From: an uncultured Chloroflexia bacterium
GTDB taxonomy: Bacteria > Chloroflexota > Chloroflexia > QHBQ01 > JADMIH01
Direction: 5' to 3'
DNA length: 64,000 bases
NCBI GenBank assembly: GCA_963797095.1
Contig: CAWCNY010000002.1
Span: 1,088,001-1,152,000 of the forward strand
Shown: piece after piece, positions 17,254 through 27,109 of the stretch
Layout: each line of letters opens with the position of its first letter
Position numbering within the stretch: the first letter of the stretch is position 1
The notes under the pieces: generated by a model
What the model saw: the letters and a program-made list of their open reading frames with translations, nothing else
What the model was told of the DNA's origin: nothing
The model's database searches: none
Made by a program: the position numbers and the translations under genes

Positions 17254-19329
17254 GTGAAAAGAGGCTTGAAGAAAAGGAAGACCTTTCTACCACTGGGTAT
17301 CAAAGTGCTGCTCATGCTGATCGCGCCTGTGGTGGCGTTCGGGCTTTTCGGGGGTAATACCAGTGTCATAAAAGCCGCCGGCAATTCGGTGCTTATCAAG
17401 GACTACATGTTCCACGGCACTGACGGCACTACCATCAGGATCGCGGTTGGCGATACAGTGAAATGGACCAATCAGGACCAAGAATCGCATGATGTAGCGA
17501 TCCTTGAAGGGCCTGAGTTGAACGTATCGCCTGAGATCAAGCCGGGGCAAACATGGAGCATGACCTTCACCGAACCCGGCAAATACCACTACTACTGTGA
17601 GTTCCACCCGGCTATGGTGGGCGACGTGATCGTGGGCGACTCCGAGTCCACCGAACCTGCCAACAGGGAATTCCAGACCTTCGCCGAAACGGGCAAAACA
17701 GTACGCGGCAATTTCCTCCAGTACTGGAACGCGCACGGCGGGTTGCCTCAGCAGGGCTTCCCGATTTCTGAGGAGATGCAAGAGAAGTCGGAGACCGATG
17801 GCAAGATTTACACCGTTCAGTACTTCGAGCGGGCCGTGTTCGAGATGCACCCTGAGAACGCACCTCCCAATGACGTGCTCTTGAGCCTGCTTGGCAACTT
17901 CCTCTACAAGCAGAAGTACCCGGACGGCGCGCCGGGCCAGCAGTCTAACACCTCCGCAGGCTCGATCCTGTTCAATGAGACAGGCAAGCGCGTGGGCGGG
18001 CGATTCCTGGAATACTGGCAGCAGAATGGTGGCCTGGCACAGCAGGGCTTCCCTATCTCCGATGAATTTATGGAGAAGAGCGACCTGGATGGCAAGACAT
18101 ATCACGTTCAATACTTCGAGCGAGCGGTGTTTGAGATGCACCCTGAGAACAAGCCGCCCTATGATGTGCTCCTCTCGCAGTTAGGCAAGTTCAGGTACGA
18201 CAAGGTGTTCCAACTCACGCCGCCCGACGCCAATGGTATACAGGTGATCGGCATGTCGTCGGGGCCCGACCACTACCCCCTGCTTGCGGGGCCGCATGCC
18301 GCGCCCGGCCTCAACGTATGGATCTACGAGAACGACCCTAAGCCTGTGGTCGGCTGGCTGCAAGACCTGGGCGTGAAGTACGCGGTGCACCAGCTGTCGT
18401 GGTACCAGATCGAGAACAAGAAGGGCGAGTACAAGTGGGACATACTCGATGGGGCGGTCAATGCGTTGGCGAAGGCAGGCATCAAGGTGATTCTGCATCC
18501 GGTGCACACCCCTCCCTGGCTGCTCGACTCGCAAGGTCAGATGCGTGACCCCTCGGAGTTCGAGAAGTTCATGAAAATCGTCGCCGAGCGCTATAAAGGC
18601 AAGGTGATAGGCTATCAGATATGGAATGAGGCCAACCTTGCCCGCGAAGTAGGTACCTATGTGATCTCAGCCCGCTACGCCGAGATCTTGAAAGCGGGCT
18701 ACAGAGGCGTAAAAGCCGCCGATCCGCACGCCGTTGTGATCTCGGCTGCCCTTACCCCTACTGGTGTGAACAACCCGGAGGTCGCGGTGGACGATGTGAC
18801 ATTCCTGCGCAGGCTGTACGCTTATAACGGTGGCGAACTGAAGGGTTACTTCGATGTGCTGGGCGCGCACCCAGGCTCCAACGCCAACCCACCCGACAAG
18901 ATGTATCCCGATGATCCGGGGCCTGGGCCGGGCTGGACCGATCACCCTAGCTTCTACTTCCGCAGGATAGAGCAGCTAAGAGGTGTGATGCTTGAGAACG
19001 GCGATGGACAAAAACAGATGTGGCTCACCGAGTTCGGATGGGCCAGCAGCGACAACCCAGCGCCAGGCTACGAATACGCCGCCCAGAACTCGGAAGAGGA
19101 GCAAGCGCAGTACATAGGGCAGGCGTTCCGGATGGGCCGCGATAACTATCCCTGGATGGGGCCGATGCTTCTATTCCAACTCAACATGGCAACCCCTAAC
19201 ATTTCAACCGACCCCGGCGACGAGCGGATCGCCTGGGGCATAATCAGGAGGGATGGTAGCGAGAGGCCGTCATACGACGCGGTGAAGAAATACGCCACCG
19301 AATGGAACAGCGCCAACTCTAAAAGATAG
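17254..19329 (+). CDS. Secreted cupredoxin + 'FPETG/QYFER' repeats + clan GH-A glycoside hydrolase
   Basis: Signal peptide; H..YYCEFHPAM type-1 Cu site; two repeats; IWNEAN and WLTEFGW catalytic Glu motifs. Confidence 0.85.
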   Translation: MKRGLKKRKTFLPLGIKVLLMLIAPVVAFGLFGGNTSVIKAAGNSVLIKDYMFHGTDGTTIRIAVGDTVKWTNQDQESHDVAILEGPELNVSPEIKPGQTWSMTFTEPGKYHYYCEFHPAMVGDVIVGDSESTEPANREFQTFAETGKTVRGNFLQYWNAHGGLPQQGFPISEEMQEKSETDGKIYTVQYFERAVFEMHPENAPPNDVLLSLLGNFLYKQKYPDGAPGQQSNTSAGSILFNETGKRVGGRFLEYWQQNGGLAQQGFPISDEFMEKSDLDGKTYHVQYFERAVFEMHPENKPPYDVLLSQLGKFRYDKVFQLTPPDANGIQVIGMSSGPDHYPLLAGPHAAPGLNVWIYENDPKPVVGWLQDLGVKYAVHQLSWYQIENKKGEYKWDILDGAVNALAKAGIKVILHPVHTPPWLLDSQGQMRDPSEFEKFMKIVAERYKGKVIGYQIWNEANLAREVGTYVISARYAEILKAGYRGVKAADPHAVVISAALTPTGVNNPEVAVDDVTFLRRLYAYNGGELKGYFDVLGAHPGSNANPPDKMYPDDPGPGPGWTDHPSFYFRRIEQLRGVMLENGDGQKQMWLTEFGWASSDNPAPGYEYAAQNSEEEQAQYIGQAFRMGRDNYPWMGPMLLFQLNMATPNISTDPGDERIAWGIIRRDGSERPSYDAVKKYATEWNSANSKR

Positions 19330-19358
19330 GTCACTTGCCAGCAGCGCCGGTTGCATCA

Positions 19359-19449
19359 AAGTCCCGTAGGGACGCAAGAGAGTAGCCCAGGGCGTAAGCC
19401 CTGCGGATCGCGTGCCCCTAAGCAGAAGTCCCGTAGGGACGTAAGAGCA
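19359..19449. repeat. REP-like palindromic element
   Basis: Two AAGTCCCGTAGGGACG(C/T)AAGAG copies around CAGGGCgtaaGCCCTG; flanked by direct TTGCATCA. Confidence 0.75.
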
Positions 19450-19524
19450 TTGCATCAGTGGAGCGCAGAAGTAGCACTCTTCAAGGACGACTGGAATTAC
19501 CAGGTGCTGTAAAATCGTATGGTG

Positions 19525-21399
19525 TCAATATTGGGCGGGCACGCCCTTCATCAAGCTCTTGCCATCCGCACCAAGCACTTCTATCTCCAACACCTGCCCG
19601 CTGATATGAACTGAGGCGGGCTTGTCGGGATAAGCATCGAAGGGATACGTTGTAGAGCCTGATGGGCCCCGCACCACCAGCGATGCTCTCTCGATCCGGC
19701 GCACGGGAAGTATGTGCACAGTATCGCCCTCCACGCTCACCGTCCCCCAGGCGTTGGCGAGGCTCACGCCCCCTGTGCGGGCTACGGGCTGCCAGCGTTC
19801 GGTCCACCCCAGCGCGCTGTTGGGCGGAAACGTGGCGTAGTCCCAGAAGGTAGGCGTAATCCCGCCCCACAATTCGGCGTATGACGACCCGTCGTCGGTG
19901 TAGACGCTCGGGTTGACGTCAGGCCCCCACCCGAAGAACTTGAGGCCGAGCATCTCCTTATTGGAGAAGGTCTTGACCAACCCCTCGTCGCTGTTGGGGT
20001 CGTACACAGCTGCGAACTCGCCTCGATTGGCATCCGGCAGCGCGAATCCCCCCAGCCAGCCGCCCCAGGTCGAGCTATCGGCCAGGTTGCGCCCGCTGTA
20101 CTTCGGCCACGAGATAACGCCATGCTCTGCCGGAAGACCTGGATCGTGGGTGCTATGCACCACCATCTGGTTAGTTGGCAGTACCCAGCGCAGATTGGAT
20201 GCAACAGTGTTTGTGCCGCCGGGGGCCACCATGGCGTTCGTCCATAGCTGTCCATTCTGCTGTGTGCCTGTGAAGTTTTCCATACGGGCTGAGATGGTGT
20301 AAGCTGCCTCTTCCGGGCTGAGAGTGACGGCGGTAGTGACCTTCATCCCCGTGAGCTTGTCCATCGCCGACAGGGTAACGGTTGCCCCTGCGTCGCTGTT
20401 GCGGGTTATTTGTGCGTCCCACGGCAGATATTCCATCAACCCATGTTCCTCGGTCGGCGCGGCCCACTCGGTGCCCCCAGCGCCAAGCCACCAACCTTTC
20501 TCCGAGAAGGGCGCTGGCTTGATCACCGAGTTTCGATATAGCTCGTCATGGCCTGTCGGCTTGTAGATCGCTTCGTACAATCTGCCTCCTAACTGTGGCA
20601 GGATCGTCAGCTTGATAAAGCGATTTTCCAGGGCGATCAAGCGGTAGGTGCGCAGCGCGGGCGGACCCACCTTGTCGGGGTCAACAAGTGGGTAGGGAGC
20701 TACAGGATCTTCCCCAGGCGTATAAAATGCCTGCTCGTAGGCATAGACCGGGAGTGTGATGGCGGTTTCCGTCACCTTCACACGCTGGTTCAGCATATCG
20801 CGCCCCAGGAGGCCAAGTTGCACCTCATAGTCGGTGCCGCTGTCTTCGGGGTGTAGCTCGAAGCGGTTGCGCTGAAAATACTGCACGGTGAAGCCACCCT
20901 CGGTGAACGGCTCGGAGATCGGGTAGCCGAAAAGGGCGAGGCCGCCATTACGGTTCCAGTAGTCAAGGAACTTGCCGGAGAGGGTATGGCTCGTTTCGGG
21001 GAAGTAGATACGTGTGGGCGTGTTTGATGCGATATCGGTGGAGGCGGTCGGGAACTGCCTGCCCGCCGTCTCGATAGAGCCGAGCAGGCCAAGCTGCACC
21101 TCATAACCTGTGCCCGCGTTCTCTGGGTGGTATTCGATGCGGGCGCGCTCCAGATACTGCACCTTGAATCCACCCTCGGTTTCAGGGTCGGTCAGTGGGT
21201 AGCCGAAAAGGGCGAGGCCGCCGTGCGAGTCGAAGAAGGTAATGAATTCGGGGGCCAGCGTTTTCCCGGTCTCAGGGTAGAAGCGACCCGCCTGGGCCAG
21301 GGTGATTTGTTGGGATGATGAGAGGGGCGCAAACATAAGAAGAAGCGCCGCGCCGAAAGCGACCAGAGAGATTGTGCGGTGTTTACTGCCGGTTTTCAA
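19525..21399 (-). CDS. Secreted 'FPETG/QYFER' repeat protein with DUF5107-like domain
   Basis: Signal peptide, two repeats, LEN..K.TILP.LGGR, GG.EW, W.NA, Y.ELWGG motifs. Confidence 0.8.
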   Translation of the reverse strand: MKTGSKHRTISLVAFGAALLLMFAPLSSSQQITLAQAGRFYPETGKTLAPEFITFFDSHGGLALFGYPLTDPETEGGFKVQYLERARIEYHPENAGTGYEVQLGLLGSIETAGRQFPTASTDIASNTPTRIYFPETSHTLSGKFLDYWNRNGGLALFGYPISEPFTEGGFTVQYFQRNRFELHPEDSGTDYEVQLGLLGRDMLNQRVKVTETAITLPVYAYEQAFYTPGEDPVAPYPLVDPDKVGPPALRTYRLIALENRFIKLTILPQLGGRLYEAIYKPTGHDELYRNSVIKPAPFSEKGWWLGAGGTEWAAPTEEHGLMEYLPWDAQITRNSDAGATVTLSAMDKLTGMKVTTAVTLSPEEAAYTISARMENFTGTQQNGQLWTNAMVAPGGTNTVASNLRWVLPTNQMVVHSTHDPGLPAEHGVISWPKYSGRNLADSSTWGGWLGGFALPDANRGEFAAVYDPNSDEGLVKTFSNKEMLGLKFFGWGPDVNPSVYTDDGSSYAELWGGITPTFWDYATFPPNSALGWTERWQPVARTGGVSLANAWGTVSVEGDTVHILPVRRIERASLVVRGPSGSTTYPFDAYPDKPASVHISGQVLEIEVLGADGKSLMKGVPAQY

Positions 21400-21434
21400 A
21401 TCGTGTTTAGCCTCGACCTTCTATACTTTTCGCC

Positions 21435-21463
21435 AAAAAGAAGGGCGGACCCCTGTCCGCCCT
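21435..21463 (-). terminator. Intrinsic terminator
   Basis: AGGGCGGAC-aggg-GTCCGCCCT followed by a U-tract on the minus strand. Confidence 0.75.
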
Positions 21464-21555
21464 AGCATACCATAGGTGTGCGCTTTCGCCTGTTGGTTGC
21501 ACATCCGGTGTCTGATATTAAAACGAGCTTGTGATGGCGTGGTTGCAGGGCGACG

Positions 21556-22524
21556 CTATCCTGACCCCCAATCCTTATTCCACTGAACTGCTCGGGGAAT
21601 ACCCTCTTCCAGCGGCACTTTAGGTTCGTAGCCGAGGAGTTGGTTGGCCCTGGTGATGTCGGCTATATAGCGGGTCACTTCGCCTATTTGCGTGGGGGCA
21701 ATGGTGACCTGGGGTTGCTTATCGAGCGATTGGGCTACGAGGTGGGCCATCTTGACCAGGGAGTTGCCTTTGCCGTAGGCCAGGTTGATCGTCTGGTTCT
21801 CCACTAGTCCTTCGTGTAGGGCGTGGATGCCTGCGATGATGCCGGAGATGCAATCGTCTACGTATGTGAAATCGAGGACCTTGTTCTCTCCATAAATAGT
21901 GATAGGCTGGTCGTTGGCGATGCGTCGGATAAAGAGAGGAATAACGCGCTCCATCCGCTCTATATCGTTGTCGTAACGACCGTAGACATTGGAGAAGCGG
22001 AACACGATGTATTTCAAACCGTAGCAGCGGGCGTAAGAGTAGATGAGAGCTTCGCCCGCGATCTTGGAGGCAGAGTAAGGTGACTCCGTATAGGCAAAGT
22101 GGGCCGTGCTCTCACCCATCGTTTCAGGGCGGGCACCTTCGTCCTCGATATAGCGGTGGATGTCGCCGTACACCTCACGACTGCTGGAAAAGATGATGGG
22201 GAGGTGGGCCAACCGGCAGAATTCGAGCACGTTATAAGTGATGGTGATATTCTGCATGGCGCGGTGGGGCTGCCGCACCAGCTCATGCACCTTAGCGTGA
22301 GCGGCCAGGTGCACCACCAGATCGACCTGCGGGTACTCAACGCCCCCTATCCCCCGCTCATCTGCAGGGTAAAAGCTGGAGAGATCCTGCAAGAGATAGG
22401 GGAAGCGGTCGGTCCAGGTGTTGATCCGCTTGTCCACGCCGAACACGAAGTGGCCTTCGTCAAGTAGGCGGAGGGCAAGGTTGGTGCCGATCTGGCCTGA
22501 GGAGCCGGTGATTAGGATACGCAT
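21556..22524 (-). CDS. NAD-dependent epimerase/dehydratase (extended SDR)
   Basis: ITGSSGQIG, HLAA, SSREVYG, YSASK, RFSNVYG, DFTYVDD. Confidence 0.92.
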   Translation of the reverse strand: MRILITGSSGQIGTNLALRLLDEGHFVFGVDKRINTWTDRFPYLLQDLSSFYPADERGIGGVEYPQVDLVVHLAAHAKVHELVRQPHRAMQNITITYNVLEFCRLAHLPIIFSSSREVYGDIHRYIEDEGARPETMGESTAHFAYTESPYSASKIAGEALIYSYARCYGLKYIVFRFSNVYGRYDNDIERMERVIPLFIRRIANDQPITIYGENKVLDFTYVDDCISGIIAGIHALHEGLVENQTINLAYGKGNSLVKMAHLVAQSLDKQPQVTIAPTQIGEVTRYIADITRANQLLGYEPKVPLEEGIPRAVQWNKDWGSG

Positions 22525-22557
22525 TGGTGCTTGGTGTGCCGAGTCAAGATCGATTTC

Positions 22558-22902
22558 TTAGTCGTTGGTTCCCAATTCCTCTAAGATAACTGAAATGGAT
22601 TGCTTGAGTGGTGGCAGATCCTTGTGCGTGATTTCCCAGACAGCATTTAGATCGACGCCCATATAGTCGTGTACCAGCACATCGCCTAAGCCGGCAATCC
22701 GTCGCCAGGGCACAGCTATATATTCAGATCGCAAGTCTTCTGATAATCGCTTGGTTGCTTCACCAATGATCTCAAGTTGTCGGATTATAGCATCTTGCCA
22801 ATGCGATTGCTCCATGAAAGCTTCTTTTCCGACGGCTGCATATAGCTCGATCTTTTCAATCGCATCTCGGATATGTTGCAGATAGAGCGCGTCGCCTATC
22901 AC
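22558..22902 (-). CDS. HEPN/DUF86 (HepT-like) toxin, probably catalytically inactive
   Basis: DA..R.LEIIGEA, PW..IAG.GD.L.HDY.GVD...VW; Gly replaces the catalytic Arg. Confidence 0.88.
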   Translation of the reverse strand: MIGDALYLQHIRDAIEKIELYAAVGKEAFMEQSHWQDAIIRQLEIIGEATKRLSEDLRSEYIAVPWRRIAGLGDVLVHDYMGVDLNAVWEITHKDLPPLKQSISVILEELGTND

Positions 22903-23189
22903 AAATTTGTTGCTTCTTGAAGCACTTGCTCACGTATATATGGGCTTAGGGCTGCTTCCGTTACCACATCTACCTCGCATTTGAGCAGATCCTCGAGGTC
23001 CTGCTTGATTGCTGTCAGATCAAGCAGGCTGTAACCTGGTTCAAGACGGACAAGTAGGTCAAGGTCACTTTCAGGCCCAGCTTCGCCACGTGCCACCGAG
23101 CCAAAGACGCGCACATCTTTGGCGCCATGTTCCGACGCAATTCGCAATATATCCCGTCGTTTGCTTCGAATATCATAAGCTGTGTTCAT
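22899..23189 (-). CDS. Minimal nucleotidyltransferase antitoxin (MntA-like)
   Basis: VFGSVARGE...SDLDLLV; 4-nt overlap with the HEPN gene. Confidence 0.9.
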   Translation of the reverse strand: MNTAYDIRSKRRDILRIASEHGAKDVRVFGSVARGEAGPESDLDLLVRLEPGYSLLDLTAIKQDLEDLLKCEVDVVTEAALSPYIREQVLQEATNL

Positions 23190-24157
23190 ATCCGTTTACC
23201 TTCTATTTCGTCCAATACCGCCTGTAGTTCTGATGGCAACTCACTAACGAACTCCCTCCATTCACCCGTCGATGGTAGTGTAAACCCTAGCTTGTGGGCG
23301 TGCAAGAACTGGCGGGTGATGCCGAGCGCAACTGCTTCCTTAAGAGTACGCTTGCCGTATACAGGATCGCCAAGGACCGGGTGGCCAATTGAAGCCATAT
23401 GCACCCTGATCTGGTGTGTGCGTCCTGTTTCCAATCGGACCTTCAGAAGCGAGTAGGGACCGAGGTCGCGCTCGACAGTGTAGCGTGTGCGGGCCGCCCG
23501 GCCCCCTTGCACAACGGCCATCCGCTGGCGGTCGCGTGGGTCGCGTGCAATTGGCGCGTCGATAATGCCGGTCGAAGGTTTCGGGTGGCCCAACACAACG
23601 GCTATGTACTCCTTGAGCACGGCTCGCGATGCCATCTGCCGTGCCAGCGCGTCGTGGGCCGCTCGCCGCTTGGCGACTACGATCAGCCCGCTGGTGTCCT
23701 TATCCAGTCGATGGACTATACCCGGCCTTGCATCATCGCCCATATCAAGCTCGATCCCTGGCACATGGGCCAGCAGGGCATTGACAAGCGTGCCTCCCGA
23801 ATGGCCAGGCGCGGGGTGTACTACCATGCCTGCGGGCTTGTCGATCACCAGCAGGTCGGCATCTTCATAAACTATCTTGAGGGGGATTGCTTCAGCTTGC
23901 AGGCCGCTAGGCTGCGGCGCGGGGATCTCTACCGAGATAGAATCGCCTGCCTTCACCTTACGGGCAGGTTTGGTGACAGCAGCGCCGTTAATCGAAACGT
24001 GTCCGCCTTCGATCAACTGCGCGGCATAGGAGCGCGAAAGATCGGGCAGGAAAGTCGCGAGGGCACGGTCGAGGCGGTCGCCCGCCTGAGAGGGGTCAAC
24101 CGGCCACGTGTGTATTGTTGGAGGTTGAGGTGTTTGGGGGAGTTGTGGGTTGGTCAT
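23186..24157 (-). CDS. rluD: RluA/RluD family pseudouridine synthase with S4 domain
   Basis: RLD..L S4 domain, DKPAGMVVHP, VHRLDKDTSGL, TGRTHQIRVH. Confidence 0.93.
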   Translation of the reverse strand: MTNPQLPQTPQPPTIHTWPVDPSQAGDRLDRALATFLPDLSRSYAAQLIEGGHVSINGAAVTKPARKVKAGDSISVEIPAPQPSGLQAEAIPLKIVYEDADLLVIDKPAGMVVHPAPGHSGGTLVNALLAHVPGIELDMGDDARPGIVHRLDKDTSGLIVVAKRRAAHDALARQMASRAVLKEYIAVVLGHPKPSTGIIDAPIARDPRDRQRMAVVQGGRAARTRYTVERDLGPYSLLKVRLETGRTHQIRVHMASIGHPVLGDPVYGKRTLKEAVALGITRQFLHAHKLGFTLPSTGEWREFVSELPSELQAVLDEIEGKRI

Positions 24158-24665
24158 CCGCTGTCGGTTGTGCCTGCGGCGCTTTGTTCTCGTCCTTCGC
24201 GAAGATCAGGCTTGCCAGGACGAGAATGACGCCGATTGTAATCCCGCTGTCGCCCACGTTGAACACAGGAAATGTGTAGACCGTATTGTTTATATTCAGG
24301 TGGGGGCCGTACACTTCAATGAAGTCGACAACGTAGCCTAGACGAATGCGGTCAACCAGATTGCCAAGCGCCCCGCCCACAATCAGCCCCGCCGCCACCG
24401 TTGTGAGACGCGAAGGATTGCCCATTCGCACAAACGCCACCAGGATGCCCGCTATCACCAACGGCGAAAGTATGCTCAGGAGTCCCGTGGCGTCTCGAAG
24501 AAAACCGAAGGCTGCCCCTGTGTTCTGGACATAGCGAAGACGGGCGAAGCCATCAATAATCGAGATTGTGTCGCCTAGCTTCAGGGTAGAAACGATCCAC
24601 CATTTTACGAGTTGATCGAGGACGAGCACCACCAATGCGGTGATTGCCAGCACTCTATATTTCAC
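24096..24665 (-). CDS. lspA: Lipoprotein signal peptidase II
   Basis: DQ..K, NTGAAFG, GGALGNLVDR..G.VVDFI, FNVGD; GTG start overlaps the upstream stop. Confidence 0.93.
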   Translation of the reverse strand: MKYRVLAITALVVLVLDQLVKWWIVSTLKLGDTISIIDGFARLRYVQNTGAAFGFLRDATGLLSILSPLVIAGILVAFVRMGNPSRLTTVAAGLIVGGALGNLVDRIRLGYVVDFIEVYGPHLNINNTVYTFPVFNVGDSGITIGVILVLASLIFAKDENKAPQAQPTADDQPTTPPNTSTSNNTHVAG

Positions 24666-25063
24666 AGGCGCCCTCGGTCGGCCAACTGCTGGCAATCAAT
24701 ACAGTAAATAGAGAAGGGGCGGGCCTTCAGGCGGGCTGGGCTGATCGGCTTGCCGCAGTTCGCGCAGATCCCATAGGTGCCCGCTTCCATGCGCGCAAGG
24801 GCTTCATTCACCTGCTCCAATTCGTGCTGTGCTTTGTTCTGGAGGGTGATCATCGTTTCTTGTTCAGCGGTGTCGTTCGCATCGTCGGCCATGTGGTTGC
24901 CGACCCCGCCGCGCTCAGGCACCAGGTCGTCGCCGTCCTCGGCGATCTCGCGCTCCTTCGTTTCTATATCGTGGTGCAAGCGGGCTTTGAGAGTCAGCAA
25001 CTGCTCCTTAAGCGCCCCCATATCGAGAGTAGGTTCGTCATCCATGTAGTCATTATCCGCCAT
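24662..25063 (-). CDS. TraR/DksA C4-type zinc finger protein
   Basis: Coiled coil with HMADDA; GTYGICANCGKPI...RL.A.P....CIDC. Confidence 0.9.
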   Translation of the reverse strand: MADNDYMDDEPTLDMGALKEQLLTLKARLHHDIETKEREIAEDGDDLVPERGGVGNHMADDANDTAEQETMITLQNKAQHELEQVNEALARMEAGTYGICANCGKPISPARLKARPFSIYCIDCQQLADRGRL

Positions 25064-25162
25064 GTCTGTCTCCTCATTGAGCCAGAGAATCAGGGCACCG
25101 CGCCTTTTCGGCCACCCTGGCTTGCAGTGTCTATCCTCTGATTATACCACAAGCGGATTGGC

Positions 25163-26947
25163 CTACTTACAGGGCGAGACATTCAGCCCAAGCAAACCGA
25201 GCAACACTTCGTATTGAGTGCCGCTATTCTCAGGGTGGAGCTCGAAACGAGCGCGCTCGAAATATTGGACCGAGTAAGTCTTGCCATCGATCGCGCTATT
25301 TTCCAGCACCGGCTCCGAGATAGGATAACCGAACTGGCGGAGCGCGCCGTTCTCCTGCCAGTAAGCGAGGAACGAGTCGCTCAGGCTGTGGCCCACCTGC
25401 GGGAAATAGATGGTGTTCAACCCAATAGGTGGGTCGGCTGCCGGTGGGAAAGTGCGGCTGCCTGCTACTTGCACGCCCAGCAACCCCAACTGCACGTTGT
25501 TTGGCGCTGGGTTCTCCGGGTGGTACTCGAAGCGATTGCGCTCGAAATATTGCACGGCATACGGCTTGCCGTCGGTAGGGCTTTTCTCGATAAATTCCTC
25601 GGTGATGGGGTAGCCGTAGACAGGCAAGCCTCCGTATTCCTGCCAGTATTTCAAGAATGCCCCGCCCAGCGTGTGCCCCGTCTCAGGAAAGTAGATTCTA
25701 TCTGTCGTGGAGGTTGCAGGAGCAATAGGATTACACGCTACAGGCTTAGGGGTGGGTGTGGCGGTTGGAGTGGGCGGTGGGATAGTGGCTGTGGCGGTAG
25801 GTTGTGGATTGGTAGCCGTGGGAGGTGTGTATGGCGTGCCGGGCGGGTTTGTAGGGAAGCCCGGAGGTGTGGGGGTAGTTGGCACAGGTGTTGGGAGCGC
25901 CGCGATGCTATTCCAGATGAGCGGGTCCTCCTGCCCTAGCCGCCAGAGCGCAAAGCCCGCCATGCCCCGCCCACTCACCAACTCCATCTTGGCATCAAAA
26001 CTGCGCTGATCCTCATACCACACCTGGCGAGAAACGCCCGTGAGGGTGTAGCGCGCCCACGGGGCCTGGGCCGCCGTGTCGTAGCCGCTCTGAGCGCCCG
26101 TTTGATGGGTGATGGCGTCGGCCTCTGCCCAGGTGCGCGGGTCCGCCCTCCCGATAGCCTTGCCATCGGAGCCAACGGGCCAATCATACCCGTAGACCCC
26201 CACTCCCCAGATGATCTGGTTGGCCGGGATGTGTGCTACTGCATACGTGGCAGTATCGCGCAGCTTGCTCATGGGTGCGATAGGGCCGGGGTCACCCGTT
26301 GTGTACGAGTAGTCGTAAGCCATCACCATCGCATAATCCACCACTTTGCCGATGGCCGGGTAGTCATAAGGCGCGGCCCAGCCTGTGCTCACATCGCGAG
26401 TCTTGGCAGCCACCACCGCCACTGTGAGCTTTCCTTTCGGGTGCAACCTGTCGTATATACGGCTGAAAAGGATAGTAAGCTGGGTCTTGTCCGTGGCGTT
26501 GAGCGCCTCGAAGTCGAGCGTGATGCCGTCGTAGTTGTTGTTAGTGACCAGCGCATCTATCTGGTCGACTATGTAATTCATCTTATCCGGGTTATTAACC
26601 AACCCGGAGAAATCGTTGTACTCGGCGCTGGTGTTCTTGAGCATAGGCAGGTTCTTCGCGCCCGCCGAATGGATCAGAGATGACACCTCGGCCTGGTCGC
26701 TACCCGAAATGCGCCCATCGGGGTTCAGGTTGTAGAACCAGGGCGAAACGTGTGTGAGCTTCTGCACGTTTGCCCTCAGCGATTCCAGCGAATTAGGGTT
26801 GTAAGTTATATAGAAGCCCCAACGTATGCCAACGCCGCCGGTGGCCGCGCTTACATCCCGTATGGTGACCGTCGCAACGACCACAGTAAGGACAGCGAGC
26901 AGCGCAACCGGCAAAGCGGCCACTCTCACGATACGCGGTCTTTTCAT
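25163..26947 (-). CDS. Secreted GH18 glycoside hydrolase + Pro/Thr linker + 'FPETG/QYFER' repeats
   Basis: YDGITLDFE, MAYDY, GFALWRLGQED; two C-terminal repeats. Confidence 0.9.
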   Translation of the reverse strand: MKRPRIVRVAALPVALLAVLTVVVATVTIRDVSAATGGVGIRWGFYITYNPNSLESLRANVQKLTHVSPWFYNLNPDGRISGSDQAEVSSLIHSAGAKNLPMLKNTSAEYNDFSGLVNNPDKMNYIVDQIDALVTNNNYDGITLDFEALNATDKTQLTILFSRIYDRLHPKGKLTVAVVAAKTRDVSTGWAAPYDYPAIGKVVDYAMVMAYDYSYTTGDPGPIAPMSKLRDTATYAVAHIPANQIIWGVGVYGYDWPVGSDGKAIGRADPRTWAEADAITHQTGAQSGYDTAAQAPWARYTLTGVSRQVWYEDQRSFDAKMELVSGRGMAGFALWRLGQEDPLIWNSIAALPTPVPTTPTPPGFPTNPPGTPYTPPTATNPQPTATATIPPPTPTATPTPKPVACNPIAPATSTTDRIYFPETGHTLGGAFLKYWQEYGGLPVYGYPITEEFIEKSPTDGKPYAVQYFERNRFEYHPENPAPNNVQLGLLGVQVAGSRTFPPAADPPIGLNTIYFPQVGHSLSDSFLAYWQENGALRQFGYPISEPVLENSAIDGKTYSVQYFERARFELHPENSGTQYEVLLGLLGLNVSPCK

Positions 26948-27109
26948 GGTATCTCCTGCTTAGTTGTCATAACATCCTGCGCCGATTATAGAGGGTGAGG
27001 ATGCGCAAGTCAAAAGATTGTGGATACTCCGCATAACTGCCGCCTAATAGCCTAACGTGCGTGCTGCAACTTGGTCGCACGACTTACCCTATTTACGACT
27101 TAAGACTGA

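Noticed and set aside
17287-18141. Long antisense ORFs (e.g. 284 aa here, 23399, 25214, 50303)
   Set aside because: Opposite well-supported genes, no motifs, expected in GC-rich DNA.
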